DNA of 63,758 nt, counting the filler, from Octopus bimaculoides (Eukaryota): the NCBI RefSeq assembly GCF_001194135.2. It is 4 parts of 4 records of this genome, joined end to end, with 100 filler letters (N's around TTAATTAATTAA, not from the genome) between each part and the next. Parts side by side here need not be neighbours in the genome. Positions count along the whole stretch, not along the records: positions 1 to 24,409 come from NC_068981.1; 3 more parts are not named here. The stretch is one strand, 5' to 3'. A program made the translations under genes and the position numbers. Shown here in pieces: positions 1 through 11,254 of this stretch (positions are counted from its first letter, which is position 1; each line of letters begins with the position of its first letter). The notes beneath the pieces were generated by a model. It did no database searches and was not told the origin of the DNA. It was given only the letters and a program-made list of their open reading frames with translations.

Positions 1-31
<31 letters not shown>

Positions 32-37
<6 letters not shown>

Positions 38-215
38 CGCCACATCATGTTGGGTGCATCGGTTCTCGTCCGTTCACCGATGTTAAGCAACGACAAGCCT
101 AGTTAGGACTTAGACGAGTGAACTTTTGGGAACCCTAGGTGTTGTAAGTATTTTGCAATTCCAAGGCAGTGCCCCAGCATGGTCATGGTCTAATGGCTGA
201 AACAGGTAAAAGATA
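32..215 (+). mobile_element. 5S rRNA-derived SINE / 5S pseudogene (about 32-154) followed by the 3' tail shared with the tRNA-derived SINE family
   Basis: GCCACATCATGTTG...CGGTTCTCGTCCGTTCACCGATGTTAAGCAACG...GTTAGGACTT...GTGA...TGGGAA...GGTGTTGTAA aligns end to end with the recalled metazoan 5S consensus. 162-213 matches the SINE tail at 55471-55515. Confidence 0.85.
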
Positions 216-224
216 TATATAATC

Positions 225-600
225 TTTTTTTTATCTTTTACTTGTTTCAGTTATTAGAACGCACCATCGATGGAAGACGGTCTCGAAGAATTATAGGTGG
301 ACTCCCTTTTTCAAAGCCTGGTGCTTATTTTATCGTTATTCTTTTGCCAATCCAGAAAGTTACTGAAAAGTAGATAAACCAGCACCGGTTGTCACGCAGT
401 GATGAGGGTAAACAGACATTAAGGTAAATACATACACACATACACACACAAGAAACTTGTTTCAGTTTCCATTCATCAAATCCACTGAACCTGTAAGCCC
501 AAAGCTATTGTAGAGGACACTTGCCCAAGTTGCCGCGCAGTAGATCTGAACCCAGAGCAACGTGGTTGTGAAGCAAGCTTGTTACCATGCAGCCACGCCA
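225..600 (-). mobile_element. Composite tRNA-derived SINE (tRNA head + CORE-like + microsatellite + second domain + tail), diverged
   Basis: Colinear with in-window copies at 4020-4365, 8357-9075, 22712-23075; contains GACACTTGCCCAAG and CTTTTACTTGTTTCAG. Confidence 0.85.
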
Positions 601-619
601 TACACACGTACGCACAAAC

Positions 620-812
620 TCATACACTCGCACTCACAGACGCGCGCGCATATAATACTACAAAGAAGCGAAGAAAGAAAAACACTCCTATTAGTTGAAA
701 TAATATACTACTATAAATAACATTTCCAGGTGAAATATCATATGTAAAGTAATATGTTGTGAATGGAAGGTTGATTATGATGGAGGGCGTATTGCTATTA
801 TGCATCGTTCTT
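620..812 (-). CDS. Weak candidate exon downstream of 1281-1430 (RTMHNSNTPSIIINLPFTTYYFTY... plus a hydrophobic stretch)
   Basis: TATTTTAG acceptor at 813-814 is phase-compatible with the phase-2 donor at 1280 and the frame is open to a stop at 620. It could equally be AT-rich non-coding DNA. Confidence 0.2.
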
Positions 813-847
813 CTAAAATACATGGATAGACAGACAGACAGACAGAC

Positions 848-888
<41 letters not shown>

Positions 889-1280
889 CATAGATAGACA
901 GGCAGACGCATAGATAGATAGATAGATAGATAGATAGATGGATCTAATATGTGTATATATATATATATATGCTTACATATTGTGTATGTATGTATATATG
1001 AGTGTAAATATAAATATACATGCATATAATTAGACACATACACCCACACATTCACATATACACATACACACACACATGTATATATTGTATATACAGATTT
1101 GCACTAATGCTTGCGTACGCTACATATTTCTCTGTATATGTATAGAGGTTTTTAAATATGTTTATCTGGAGATTAGATAATATACTGTTTGTTGCAGTGT
1201 TAGGTTGCATTTGAATGAAAGAATATTCAGTTACGTCGGCCAACAAATTAAGAAGTATTTCCAACGTTTATTTCTCTCAC

Positions 1281-1430
1281 CTCACTAAAGAGTGCCACTG
1301 AACTGTTATTTCCTGTTTCATCGAAACTTGGGAAACAGTGACAGTTGTTACTTGAGGTAATGGGGGTGATGGTATTGGCGGTGGTACGAGCGGTTGATTT
1401 AGAGGTGGTGTACAGGTGAAACTAAACCTC
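1281..1430 (-). CDS. Candidate 150-nt internal coding exon: RFSFTCTPPLNQPLVPPPIPSPPLPQVTTVTVSQVSMKQEITVQWHSLV
   Basis: TTACGTTAG acceptor (1431-1432), GAG|GTGAGA donor (1279-1280), only one of three frames open, symmetric phase 2-2. Product not recognised. Confidence 0.45.
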
Positions 1431-1477
1431 CTAACGTAATATAACTTCAGCTTCCATTACTTCTATTTCTTTCTCTC

Positions 1478-1523
<46 letters not shown>

Positions 1524-1999
1524 NNNNNNNNNNNNNNNNNNNNNNNNNNNNNNNNNNNNNNNNNNNNNNNNNNNNNNNNNNNNNNNNNNNNNNNNNNNNN
1601 NNNNNNNNNNNNNNNNNNNNNNNNNNNNNNNNNNNNNNNNNNNNNNNNNNNNNNNNNNNNNNNNNNNNNNNNNNNNNNNNNNNNNNNNNNNNNNNNNNNN
1701 NNNNNNNNNNNNNNNNNNNNNNNNNNNNNNNNNNNNNNNNNNNNNNNNNNNNNNNNNNNNNNNNNNNNNNNNNNNNNNNNNNNNNNNNNNNNNNNNNNNN
1801 NNNNNNNNNNNNNNNNNNNNNNNNNNNNNNNNNNNNNNNNNNNNNNNNNNNNNNNNNNNNNNNNNNNNNNNNNNNNNNNNNNNNNNNNNNNNNNNNNNNN
1901 NNNNNNNNNNNNNNNNNNNNNNNNNNNNNNNNNNNNNNNNNNNNNNNNNNNNNNNNNNNNNNNNNNNNNNNNNNNNNNNNNNNNNNNNNNNNNNNNNNN

Positions 2000-2041
<42 letters not shown>

Positions 2042-2409
2042 GGCTGATACAAATGTCGCCATGCATAAGAACGATTAATTTTTTTATAAGAAACAGTTTT
2101 TTTGTTATTTAACTGTTTCTTATAAAAAAATAAAAATTTTCCTATGTATTGTGACTTTTCAATCACACTGTAGACACACACACACATTACATATATATGT
2201 AATATGTGTGTGTGTATTAAATGAATACGTATCACTGTTGAGTGAAGAAGGCAAAACCGATATAACACCAGCCAGTCTGTCGTTTACAGTTCAGTTTTAT
2301 TGAATTAATTTAACTAAGTTATTTTCTTCTTTATTTTGTATTATTTTATTTTAATTCTTTATTTCCACTTTGTGTTTTTGAACTATTTCTAAATAGATAA
2401 ATATTTTTC

Positions 2410-2830
2410 AGAGCGTGTAGGAAGGATGTCGGACAATATGCTTTCTAGTATTTCTTTCGGATCTTAACACTCTGAGATCAATTTTCGATGAGATCAACTT
2501 TACTTTTCATTCTTTTGTGGCCGATTGAGTACAAATGAAGGACGAAGATCAATTTAACCGTTCAACTCTTTCAGTCCAAAGAGATTTTAGAACTAAATAC
2601 TTGAAGCAAATGTAAGAGACTGTGAATAAGCAGAGTGCTTTTCTTGTTGGAGGAAGCTGACAAAATGCCAAACAGCATTTACTCACTGTTTGAGTTCAAA
2701 TCCTGCCAATGTCAACTTTGCGTTTTTTATCCTTTCAGGCTCAATAAAACTATTTCTTTTGCAGATGGTATCGTCGAAAATGTCCCTCAAAGTTGCTAGC
2801 CTGGTGTCTACATCAGAAGCCATTTTATGG
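2410..2830 (+). mobile_element. Two highly degenerate copies of the GGCGAGCTGGCAGAA-type tRNA SINE
   Basis: Remnants such as TGAGTTCAAATCCTGCC and GTCAACTTTGC..TTTATCCTTTC, colinear with 3178-3412. Confidence 0.5.
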
Positions 2831-2867
2831 CAGAAACAATTAAAAATATTATGATCTGGTATTTTTA

Positions 2868-3075
2868 AGGCGGCGAGCTGGCAGAATCTCTCGTACGCCG
2901 TACAAAATATTTAGCAGCTTTCGTCTTTCTTTACGTCCTGAGTTTAAATTCCGTCAAGGTCGAGTTTGCCTTTCTTTATTTCGGGGTCGATAAAATAAGC
3001 ACCAGTCAAGTAGTGGGATCGATGTAGTTGACTAATGCCCCCTTGCCCTCAAATTTCAGGCCTTGTGCCTATAAT
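2868..3075 (+). mobile_element. tRNA-derived SINE with conserved central domain (CCTTTC..TTTCGGGGTCGATAAAATAAG.ACCAG)
   Basis: A-box-like GGCGAGCTGGCAGAA, B-box-like GAGTTTAAATTCC; near-identical layout to 3178-3412. Confidence 0.85.
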
Positions 3076-3177
3076 ATATATATATAAAAAAAAATTATGA
3101 TCGGGTGTTTTCTGCGGTGTGAAATGAAAGAATCAATAAAACGGCCGACAAGTTTCCTTGCAGTGTTCCTCCTGGCC

Positions 3178-3580
3178 AAGGCGGTGAGCTGGCAGAAACG
3201 TTAGCGCGCCGGGCGAAATGCTTAGCTGTATTTCGTCTGTCTTTCCGTTCTGAGTTCAAATTCCGCCGAGGTTGACTTTGCCTTTCATCCTTTCGGGGTC
3301 GATAAATTAAGTACCAGTTACGCACTGGGGTCGATGTAATCGACTTAATCCATTTGTCTGTCCTTATTTGTCCCCTCTATGTTTAGCTCCTTGTGGGCAA
3401 TAAAGAAATAAGAAACATTAGCACGCCGGACGAAATGCTTAGCGGTATTTCGTCTGTCTTTATGTTCTGAGTTCCGAGGTTGACTTTGCCTTTCATCCTT
3501 TCATCCGTGCTGAGGTCGATCTAATCGACTGGCCCCCTCCCCCAAAAGTTCGGGTCTTGTGCCTAGAGTAGAAAAGAGTA
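3178..3580 (+). mobile_element. Dimeric tRNA-derived SINE (monomers about 3178-3412 and 3413-3580)
   Basis: TTAGC.CGCCGG.CGAAATGCTTAGC.GTATTTCGTCTGTCTTT...GAGGTTGACTTTGCCTTTCATCCTTTC occurs twice in tandem. Confidence 0.9.
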
Positions 3581-3589
3581 TTCCTGCTG

Positions 3590-3750
3590 GCTCTTTCAGT
3601 TCTGAGTTCGAGACCCGGTGCAGTCAACTTTGCATTTCGTCTCTTTTGGGTTGATAAAATATAAATACCTTTCGAGTATTGGATTCTAAGTTGCCGACTG
3701 CTCCCACTGTTAAAATGACTGACCTTCTGCTTGAATTAGAGAGTGCTTTC
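3590..3750 (+). mobile_element. Degenerate copy of the same SINE
   Basis: TTCTGAGTTCGAG...GTCAACTTTGCATTTCGTCTCTTTTGGGTTGATAAAATATAAATACC. Confidence 0.6.
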
Positions 3751-4019
3751 TGATTCTTGCTGAGCTCTACAAGAGTTCTGTAGCTTCGTAAGTTTTACAC
3801 AAATCCAGTTCTTACTGTTCTTTTAATTTAATTTTTGCTGTTTGTCTTTTTGGCGAAGTGAACCACAACCTCGGGTACCCAGCTGGTTCATTTCATCCTT
3901 ACCCCATATGGGCTAGAATAATTTTGGGAAATTTTCTATTAAATTATGTATGTATATATGTATGTATGTGTGTACGTATGTGTGTGTGTACGTATGCATG
4001 CTCTTTTTTTTTTTCTCTT

Positions 4020-4365
4020 TTCCTTGTTTCAGTCATTTGAAGTGCGACTGTGCTGGATCACCCCCTTAAAGGGAATTAGTCGAAGAAATCAACATGCTTT
4101 GAAAGCCTAGTACTTATTCTATCGGTCTCATGTGCCGAACCGCTAGTTTACGGGGACGTAAACACACCAACACAGACACAAAGACACACACGTAAATACA
4201 CACAGAAACACATATATATGACGGCTTCTTTCAGTTTCCGTCTACCAAATCCACTAAAATGTCTTTGGTCGGCTCGAGGCTATAGTCGAAGATACTTGCC
4301 CAAGGTGCCATGCAGTGGAACAACTTGAAAGCATGTGACTGGGAAGCAAGTTTCTTACCGTACAG
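4020..4365 (-). mobile_element. Composite tRNA/CORE-like SINE
   Basis: CTTGTTTCAGTCATTTG...AGCCTAGTACTTATTCTATCGGTCTC...TTTCAGTTTCCGTCTACCAAATCCACT...ACTTGCCCAAGGTGCC. Confidence 0.9.
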
Positions 4366-5002
4366 TATGTATGCATGTATGTATGCATGTATGTATGTAT
4401 GGTTTAACTTTATATTGGAGGATTTCTCAATACGTTTTAGGAAAGCATTTTACAAGGAAAGTATTAACTGTAACTTAGAATTAAGTGGATAACGATATGC
4501 ATGTATGCATATATTAAAACACATATATGTATGTATGTGTTTTCTGTACTCTGTTTATCATTTGTCTACGTTTTGTTTGCAACGTCCTATACCCAGATAT
4601 GCATCTATATATACAGGTAGATGTAGGTTTGTACATATTTGTACGTATATATGTATATACTCATTTATTATTTGTATATATATATATATATATATNNNNN
4701 NNNNNNNNNNNNNNNNNNNNNNNNNNNNNNNNNNNNNNNNNNNNNNNNNNNNNNNNNNNNNNNNNNNNNNNNNNNNNNNNNNNNNNNNNNNNNNNNNNNN
4801 NNNNNNNNNNNNNNNNNNNNNNNNNNNNNNNNNNNNNNNNNNNNNNNNNNNNNNNNNNNNNNNNNNNNNNNNNNNNNNNNNNNNNNNNNNNNNNNNNNNN
4901 NNNNNNNNNNNNNNNNNNNNNNNNNNNNNNNNNNNNNNNNNNNNNNNNNNNNNNNNNNNNNNNNNNNNNNNNNNNNNNNNNNNNNNNNNNNNNNNNNNNN
5001 NN

Positions 5003-5064
<62 letters not shown>

Positions 5065-5989
5065 ATGTATGTATGTATTTGCGTAGGCGCACGCGTAAAT
5101 GTGTGTGTGTAGTTCATTCAAATAAAAAGGCAAAAACTAAGCTAACAACGTTACGATGTTCACTCTAAGTTTCTAACTTCTTATTACGTGAGCAAAACAG
5201 ATAGACAGACGCACGCGCGCGCGTTTCCACATTTTTTTAGTGGTTTAATGTTGGTTTTTTGGTAGAGTGTGCTTCGGTGATCGGGAGGTCTGCGGTTTTC
5301 GTGTGTTACGCTGAGACTACGTTAAAATGATTTTCCCACATGTTTTACACCGAATCGGAAAATTGCGCTTGTAGATGTGGTTTTGTAAATATGTTTAGAT
5401 ATCCTGTTATTGAGTTAGCACATAGTAGATTCGACAGGCTTCCCTGCACAAGGAAGGAAGCTAGTGAGGAACTCTTGTTAGTTTTCAAACATATGGATTG
5501 AACGCTTACATCCATACATACTTGTATAATTACGTACATGCATACATGCAGGCCTACATAATACAAACATGCATACATGTGTACATGTAATCATGTATGC
5601 CTACTTACATATAAACATGCATACATACATAGATATCTGTGTGTGTGCGTGTACTCACACATATGTACATGTATGTACGTACGTTTATATTATATATATA
5701 TACATATCTGTGTGTGTGTGTGTGAGTGTGTGTGTGAGTGTGTGTGCGTAGTATGTAGTGCGAGGTAGACATCTGGTACCAAAATTTTACGTACCCTAAA
5801 AGTACAGCATTTTAACGTAATCTTATGCGGTCTGCTCCAAATTTCAGCTTTCTCATTTCGCAAACATATGTATCAATATCATCAACACAGCATATGTTTT
5901 TCACTTCCTTATGTATTGATATCATTAACATACGATATCGGATTATCATACAGGAAGTAACATAGCGATCTTCAAGTCGAACCTTAAGT

Positions 5990-6560
5990 CAAAGCGACAT
6001 AAAGATGACCAGATTTGGAATGATCTGTTCTGAGTCGGAGAAAGAATTCGTTGGGTGATTTCTGATAGAGGCGTCTCATCCGTGGCATAGAGGAAAGCAG
6101 TATTCTCTGCAGTTATGCATCGTCAGGATGTCCGAGTTATTCCAGTTAGTCCCGGGCATCTTCAGCAAGAACCTCATAAAGTTGATGAGGGCATCAACGA
6201 AAATCTTAAGTTTATGGAATCCACTATCCACGCCTGATGCACGTCCAGTCTAATGGACAGAATGTAGCTTATATCTGGAAACAGCTGAAAGAACCATGTC
6301 CACATGCGATTCTCTATTCGAGTATCATATGACGCCATTCATAGCTCTCCTGATTCACCTGACTGGAACCTTGAAGAATGCTGAGATGTGAAGTCACTGA
6401 GGAGAGACCAACCAGTAGATTACGACACCAAGAGGTCATTGAGGACAACAGTCATGGCCTTGTAGGCTGCATAGGCGAGGCCTAACTGATCCTGGCATTT
6501 AGTGATTTCCGGAACCGCATGGGAACGTCAGTGAGGTTGAGAGTAGTTTTGGTGAATGAT
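5990..6560 (-). mobile_element. Possible very degenerate non-LTR retrotransposon (RTE-like) fragment
   Basis: GC-richer block. Minus-strand fragments such as EITKCQDQLGLAYAAYKAM and FMRFLLKMPGTNWNNSDIL weakly recall the RTE C-terminal region; many stops. Confidence 0.3.
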
Positions 6561-6744
6561 ATGTTTCTTTTATCTGTTTAATTAATCTCGTGGGTCTTTT
6601 GTTGAGGAATATATTGTTCTTTTTTTTCTGTTTGGTGAGTTAAAAGGCAAATTCCCAGCAGTTACAATGGAGAAAATTTTCATTTATGGTAAAAAGGTGT
6701 AAAAACACCATATCTGTCCAGTGATACATATTTTGTGCTCTCCC

Positions 6745-6865
6745 ACCCCCACAAAGATCAGCGGTAAAGCCAATCTCAGCGGAATTTGAACTCTTGAAAG
6801 ACAGAAGAAATGCCGCTAAGAATTTTGCCCGGCGTACTAACAGTTCCGCCAGCTGTCCGCCTTGG
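6745..6865 (-). mobile_element. 5' part of GGCGAGCTGGCAGAA-type SINE
   Basis: GCGGAATTTGAACTC...AAATGCCGCTAAG.ATTTTGCCCGGCGT.CTAAC..TTCCGCCAGCT. Confidence 0.8.
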
Positions 6866-7143
6866 CTCTGATAAATATTATAGATTATGATATACATAGC
6901 AGAGCAAGTTTATAAAACTTGTGTTTGCTGCAGCAAATGGATGTTATAGTAATACACACAGCATTCCCACTAGTATTGACCTTGTTAATAGCATTAAATA
7001 CCTTAATATAATAAATAGATAAGATACACGGACACAATTTATTTCACCACTCTCGATTATCGAAATTGAATATTTGTGTGTGTGCGCGCATATCTAAGTG
7101 CTGTTTTAAGTACGTTCACGAGAACGCGCGCGTGTAGGTGTAT

Positions 7144-7183
<40 letters not shown>

Positions 7184-7404
7184 ATGTCTGTGTGTGCTCG
7201 CGCGCGTTTTATTATGGCCGTATCATTTAAGTTAACAAATGCGATTAAAGCTACAGCAATTTAATAAATAGCTGTTGCCTAAATGCCCTATGCATCAACA
7301 TGATTGCACTGTTTACCATTAATGTATAACTGAACATTTAAGAAGTTAATGCAAATATCCTGCATATCCACACATCACAAACAAACATACTGTCTATCTG
7401 ATTC

Positions 7405-7453
<49 letters not shown>

Positions 7454-7554
7454 NNNNNNNNNNNNNNNNNNNNNNNNNNNNNNNNNNNNNNNNNNNNNNN
7501 NNNNNNNNNNNNNNNNNNNNNNNNNNNNNNNNNNNNNNNNNNNNNNNNNNNNNN

Positions 7555-7603
<49 letters not shown>

Positions 7604-7854
7604 TGTGTGTGTGTGTATGCATGCGTTTGTGTGTATGTATGTGTTGTATTCGCCAGACGTTATGTAAATCCGACAGTTCTGGTTATATCTAAAATATTTC
7701 TCATCAAAAGGGAAAAAACAGTTTCTAATCTAAAAGTGAAGATCTATTTATTTGAATTTAGACAGTATCAGCTAGGTAGATTAGACAGTATCAACTAAGT
7801 AGACATGTATTTATGTATGTATGTATGTACGTATGTATGTCTCTTCTATTTTGT

Positions 7855-8150
7855 AATTATTACAAATCTTCCACTGAGGAGGGAGCCGGTTTCCAACAAA
7901 GATACAAGGCTCCGTATTTGGGATGTAGTTAACACAGACAAATTCACATCTGGAACTTCAGAAAAGTCTTGCACATTTTTACTGTTCCACTCAAAGTAAA
8001 GTACGAATCAGCCGGTCGATTTCTCTTTCTGAAAATCCCAGTTTATCCAGATTCTCCTTTCAGCATTTACTAACAAAAGCTAGTGCTCCAATTACTATTG
8101 GTATGAATATGAATTTATAGTCTGAAGGTTTCGAAGTAGTTGTCCATAGA
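7855..8150 (-). mobile_element. 3' end of R4/Dong-like RLE LINE
   Basis: Minus translation YKFIFIPIVIGALAFVSKC*KENLDKLGFSEREIDRLIR...GTVKMCKTFLKF parallels the C-terminus at 14640-14830; similar 3' UTR. Confidence 0.8.
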
Positions 8151-8356
8151 TATCCTTTTTTACTTTGATTTTCAAAGAGCTTTGATTTTCAAAGGTATTT
8201 ATATTTGCAGGGCAGCTGACCTCTATGATGGCACATTATGTATGTATGTATGTATGTATGTATGTATGTATGTATTTGCACCAGTAAATTTGTGTGCATT
8301 TGTGTGTATGTGTGTTTTCAGGCATGTCATTATTTATATATACTAACGTATACCCA

Positions 8357-8868
8357 TTCTTTAATTTGTTTCAACCATTTGACTGCAGCCATGCTGGAGC
8401 ACCGCCTTTAGTCGGACAAATCTACCACAGGACTTATTCTTTGTAAGCCTAGTACTAATTCTATCGTTCTCTTTTGACGAACTGCTAGCTTATGGGTTCG
8501 TAAACACGCCAACATCGGTTGTCAAGAGATGGTGAGGTGACAAACAGACATAAGCATATATATATATATATATANNNNNNNNNNNNNNNNNNNNNNNNNN
8601 NNNNNNNNNNNNNNNNNNNNNNNNNNNNNNNNNNNNNNNNNNNNNNNNNNNNNNNNNNNNNNNNNNNNNNNNNNNNNNNNNNNNNNNNNNNNNNNNNNNN
8701 NNNNNNNNNNNNNNNNNNNNNNNNNNNNNNNNNNNNNNNNNNNNNNNNNNNNNNNNNNNNNNNNNNNNNNNNNNNNNNNNNNNNNNNNNNNNNNNNNNNN
8801 NNNNNNNNNNNNNNNNNNNNNNNNNNNNNNNNNNNNNNNNNNNNNNNNNNNNNNNNNNNNNNNNNNNN

Positions 8869-8912
<44 letters not shown>

Positions 8913-9075
8913 AACAGGCTTCTTTCAGTTTCCGCCTACCAAATCCACTTACAAGGCTTTGGTCAGCCAGTGGCTATAGTTGAAGACACTTGCCCAAGGG
9001 GCTACACAGTGGGACTGAACCCGGAACCATGTGGCTGGTAAGCAAGCTACTTACCACACAGTCATTCCTACGCCT
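8357..9075 (-). mobile_element. Composite tRNA/CORE-like SINE, well preserved, with an N-gap in its internal microsatellite
   Basis: TTTGACTGCAGCCATGCTGGAGCACCGCC...; GGGACTGAACCCGGAACCATGTGG...AAGCTACTTACCACACAG. Confidence 0.92.
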
Positions 9076-9826
9076 ACATACTTGTCTATTACAAGTATTC
9101 TATAATACCGCCTTCGTTATTGAATACATTTGTTAAGTCTTAAAAATTGCCTAGACGTCTCTCTAGGCACAGAGTGAAGTATCGACCATGTCTGTTTCGG
9201 TTCTGTTTGGAACATTCATAACGAACTGCGTTCTCGTTTGTTATCTAACCACAGAGGTAACATTAATTAATTAACTGGACAAAGTGACTGCAATGGCTAT
9301 CTTATGCAAATTGGACTTAACGATTTATCGAAGCCTTTAAATAAAGAGAATATAAAATCCGTGTCTCTTTGGACAGAGCTCAGGCAACAGCGCGACTCCT
9401 GAGGTGTATTCTAAATAGAACTAAAACCTACAGATTGATCCGTCTGTTTCTACCCATAGAGACGTTTTAGTGATATTTCATTGCAAATGTACAGAGTAAT
9501 CAAATTCAATTACAAAGACGGCTANNNNNNNNNNNNNNNNNNNNNNNNNNNNNNNNNNNNNNNNNNNNNNNNNNNNNNNNNNNNNNNNNNNNNNNNNNNN
9601 NNNNNNNNNNNNNNNNNNNNNNNNNNNNNNNNNNNNNNNNNNNNNNNNNNNNNNNNNNNNNNNNNNNNNNNNNNNNNNNNNNNNNNNNNNNNNNNNNNNN
9701 NNNNNNNNNNNNNNNNNNNNNNNNNNNNNNNNNNNNNNNNNNNNNNNNNNNNNNNNNNNNNNNNNNNNNNNNNNNNNNNNNNNNNNNNNNNNNNNNNNNN
9801 NNNNNNNNNNNNNNNNNNNNNNNNNN

Positions 9827-9861
<35 letters not shown>

Positions 9862-9915
9862 ATTAAAAAATTGATAATTATTTTTGCAGCGATACTATAT
9901 TCTTTTGGTGCAATC

Positions 9916-10173
9916 CAGTGGAACTCAACCAGTTTCCATATGATCCTTGGGGTTTCATATAAGATTTTATTGTTAAAATTTATGCGCGATAAGTTGGTCA
10001 TACTTCAACAAAACAAAATATTTTAAACATGTTTTTATACAATTCCTAACAATATTTAATTATAGAAATGCAATAGAGTTCCTTTTAAACATCGGACGGC
10101 TAATAAGGTCCCATCTGAGTAAAAATAGGAATCAAAGGAGCTCCATAGGCGAAAAAATGGTTGAGAACCACTG
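9916..10173. mobile_element. hAT (Charlie/MER5-like) MITE
   Basis: Imperfect TIRs CAGTGGAACTCAACCA ... TGGTTGAGAACCACTG; flanking 8-mers GTGCAATC / CTGAAATT match 5/8. Confidence 0.7.
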
Positions 10174-10614
10174 CTGAAATTAAAGGACGATCCTTCTTTC
10201 GGATTTCTTCTAGCCACACTGCATTCTACTGATCTCTATTCGCACTCTAGATTTTTATCTATTATTATCCGTCTCTCCCTAAGAAATAGATTTTATGATG
10301 TTTATTGACCGTCTCAACCATTTGTAGACTTCAACTGATTTCAATTTCTTGTTGACGACTGATTTTCTCGTCTAGGGGTGATCAATTTACATTCAAGTAT
10401 TCTCTTTTTTATCACCAAACGTCATTTTATTTTAGTTTTGCAATTTTTATTGGTGTAGTTATTTACTTATTTGCATTTGATGAATATCACCATATATTTC
10501 TGACATAAGAGTCTTCTACAGATAACGATCTTCTCTTTGCTGTACAAATCCGTGTTGGCAGTTTTTAATTCTTTTGCTTCTGTTCAATTCTTCAGCGTTC
10601 TTTTATACTTTTGC

Positions 10615-10910
10615 TTGTTTTCTGTCATCAAATTGCGGCCATACCGGGAATCCACCTTGAAAATTTTCAGTCGAAAAATCGATCCCAATACTTATTCCTT
10701 ACTTTTTTAAAAACCTGATACTTATTCCATCGGTCTCTTCTTCTTAGAGGGACGTAAACAACCCAACATCGGTTGTCAAGCGGACTTCTTTCAGTTTCCG
10801 TCTACCAAATATACTCAAAAGGCTTTACTCGACACGAGACTATAATAGGAGACATCTGCCCAAGGTGCCACGCTGTGGGACTGAACCTGGAACCGTGTGG
10901 CTGGAAGGTA
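10615..10910 (-). mobile_element. Composite tRNA/CORE-like SINE lacking the internal microsatellite
   Basis: TTCCATCGGTCTCTT...GGACGTAAAC..CCAACATCGGTTGTCAAGCG joined directly to CTTCTTTCAGTTTCCGTCTACC. Confidence 0.85.
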
Positions 10911-11254
10911 ACTTCAAGATGCGCTTTAAAAGTTGTGGAAAGAGAATACACTTGCGAAGATATATATTCATCTGGCTCCCGATATCGTTAACCACTGTGA
11001 ACATTAACTCTGGGTGTTTTATAAAGACAAGTTTTCCTGAATTATTCTTTTAACATATCACGTAATGTTCATTTTGTTGTCCGATTTCTTCGACTTCTTT
11101 GAAAAGTACAGTCAAACCGAGCAGCTGGCACTTGAATTAAAAACAACAACCTAACGTTGGAGTTTATCTATAACACATTTTATTTGCGTAGTTACGTTAT
11201 GTTGTATATGTATACATAAAATGCTATTTCAAAAGTCGCCAGATACCGACAACT

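Noticed and set aside
32-154. Functional 5S rRNA gene
   Set aside because: Helix I and the box C helix are disrupted, it is a single copy and it is fused to a SINE tail; treated as SINE/pseudogene.
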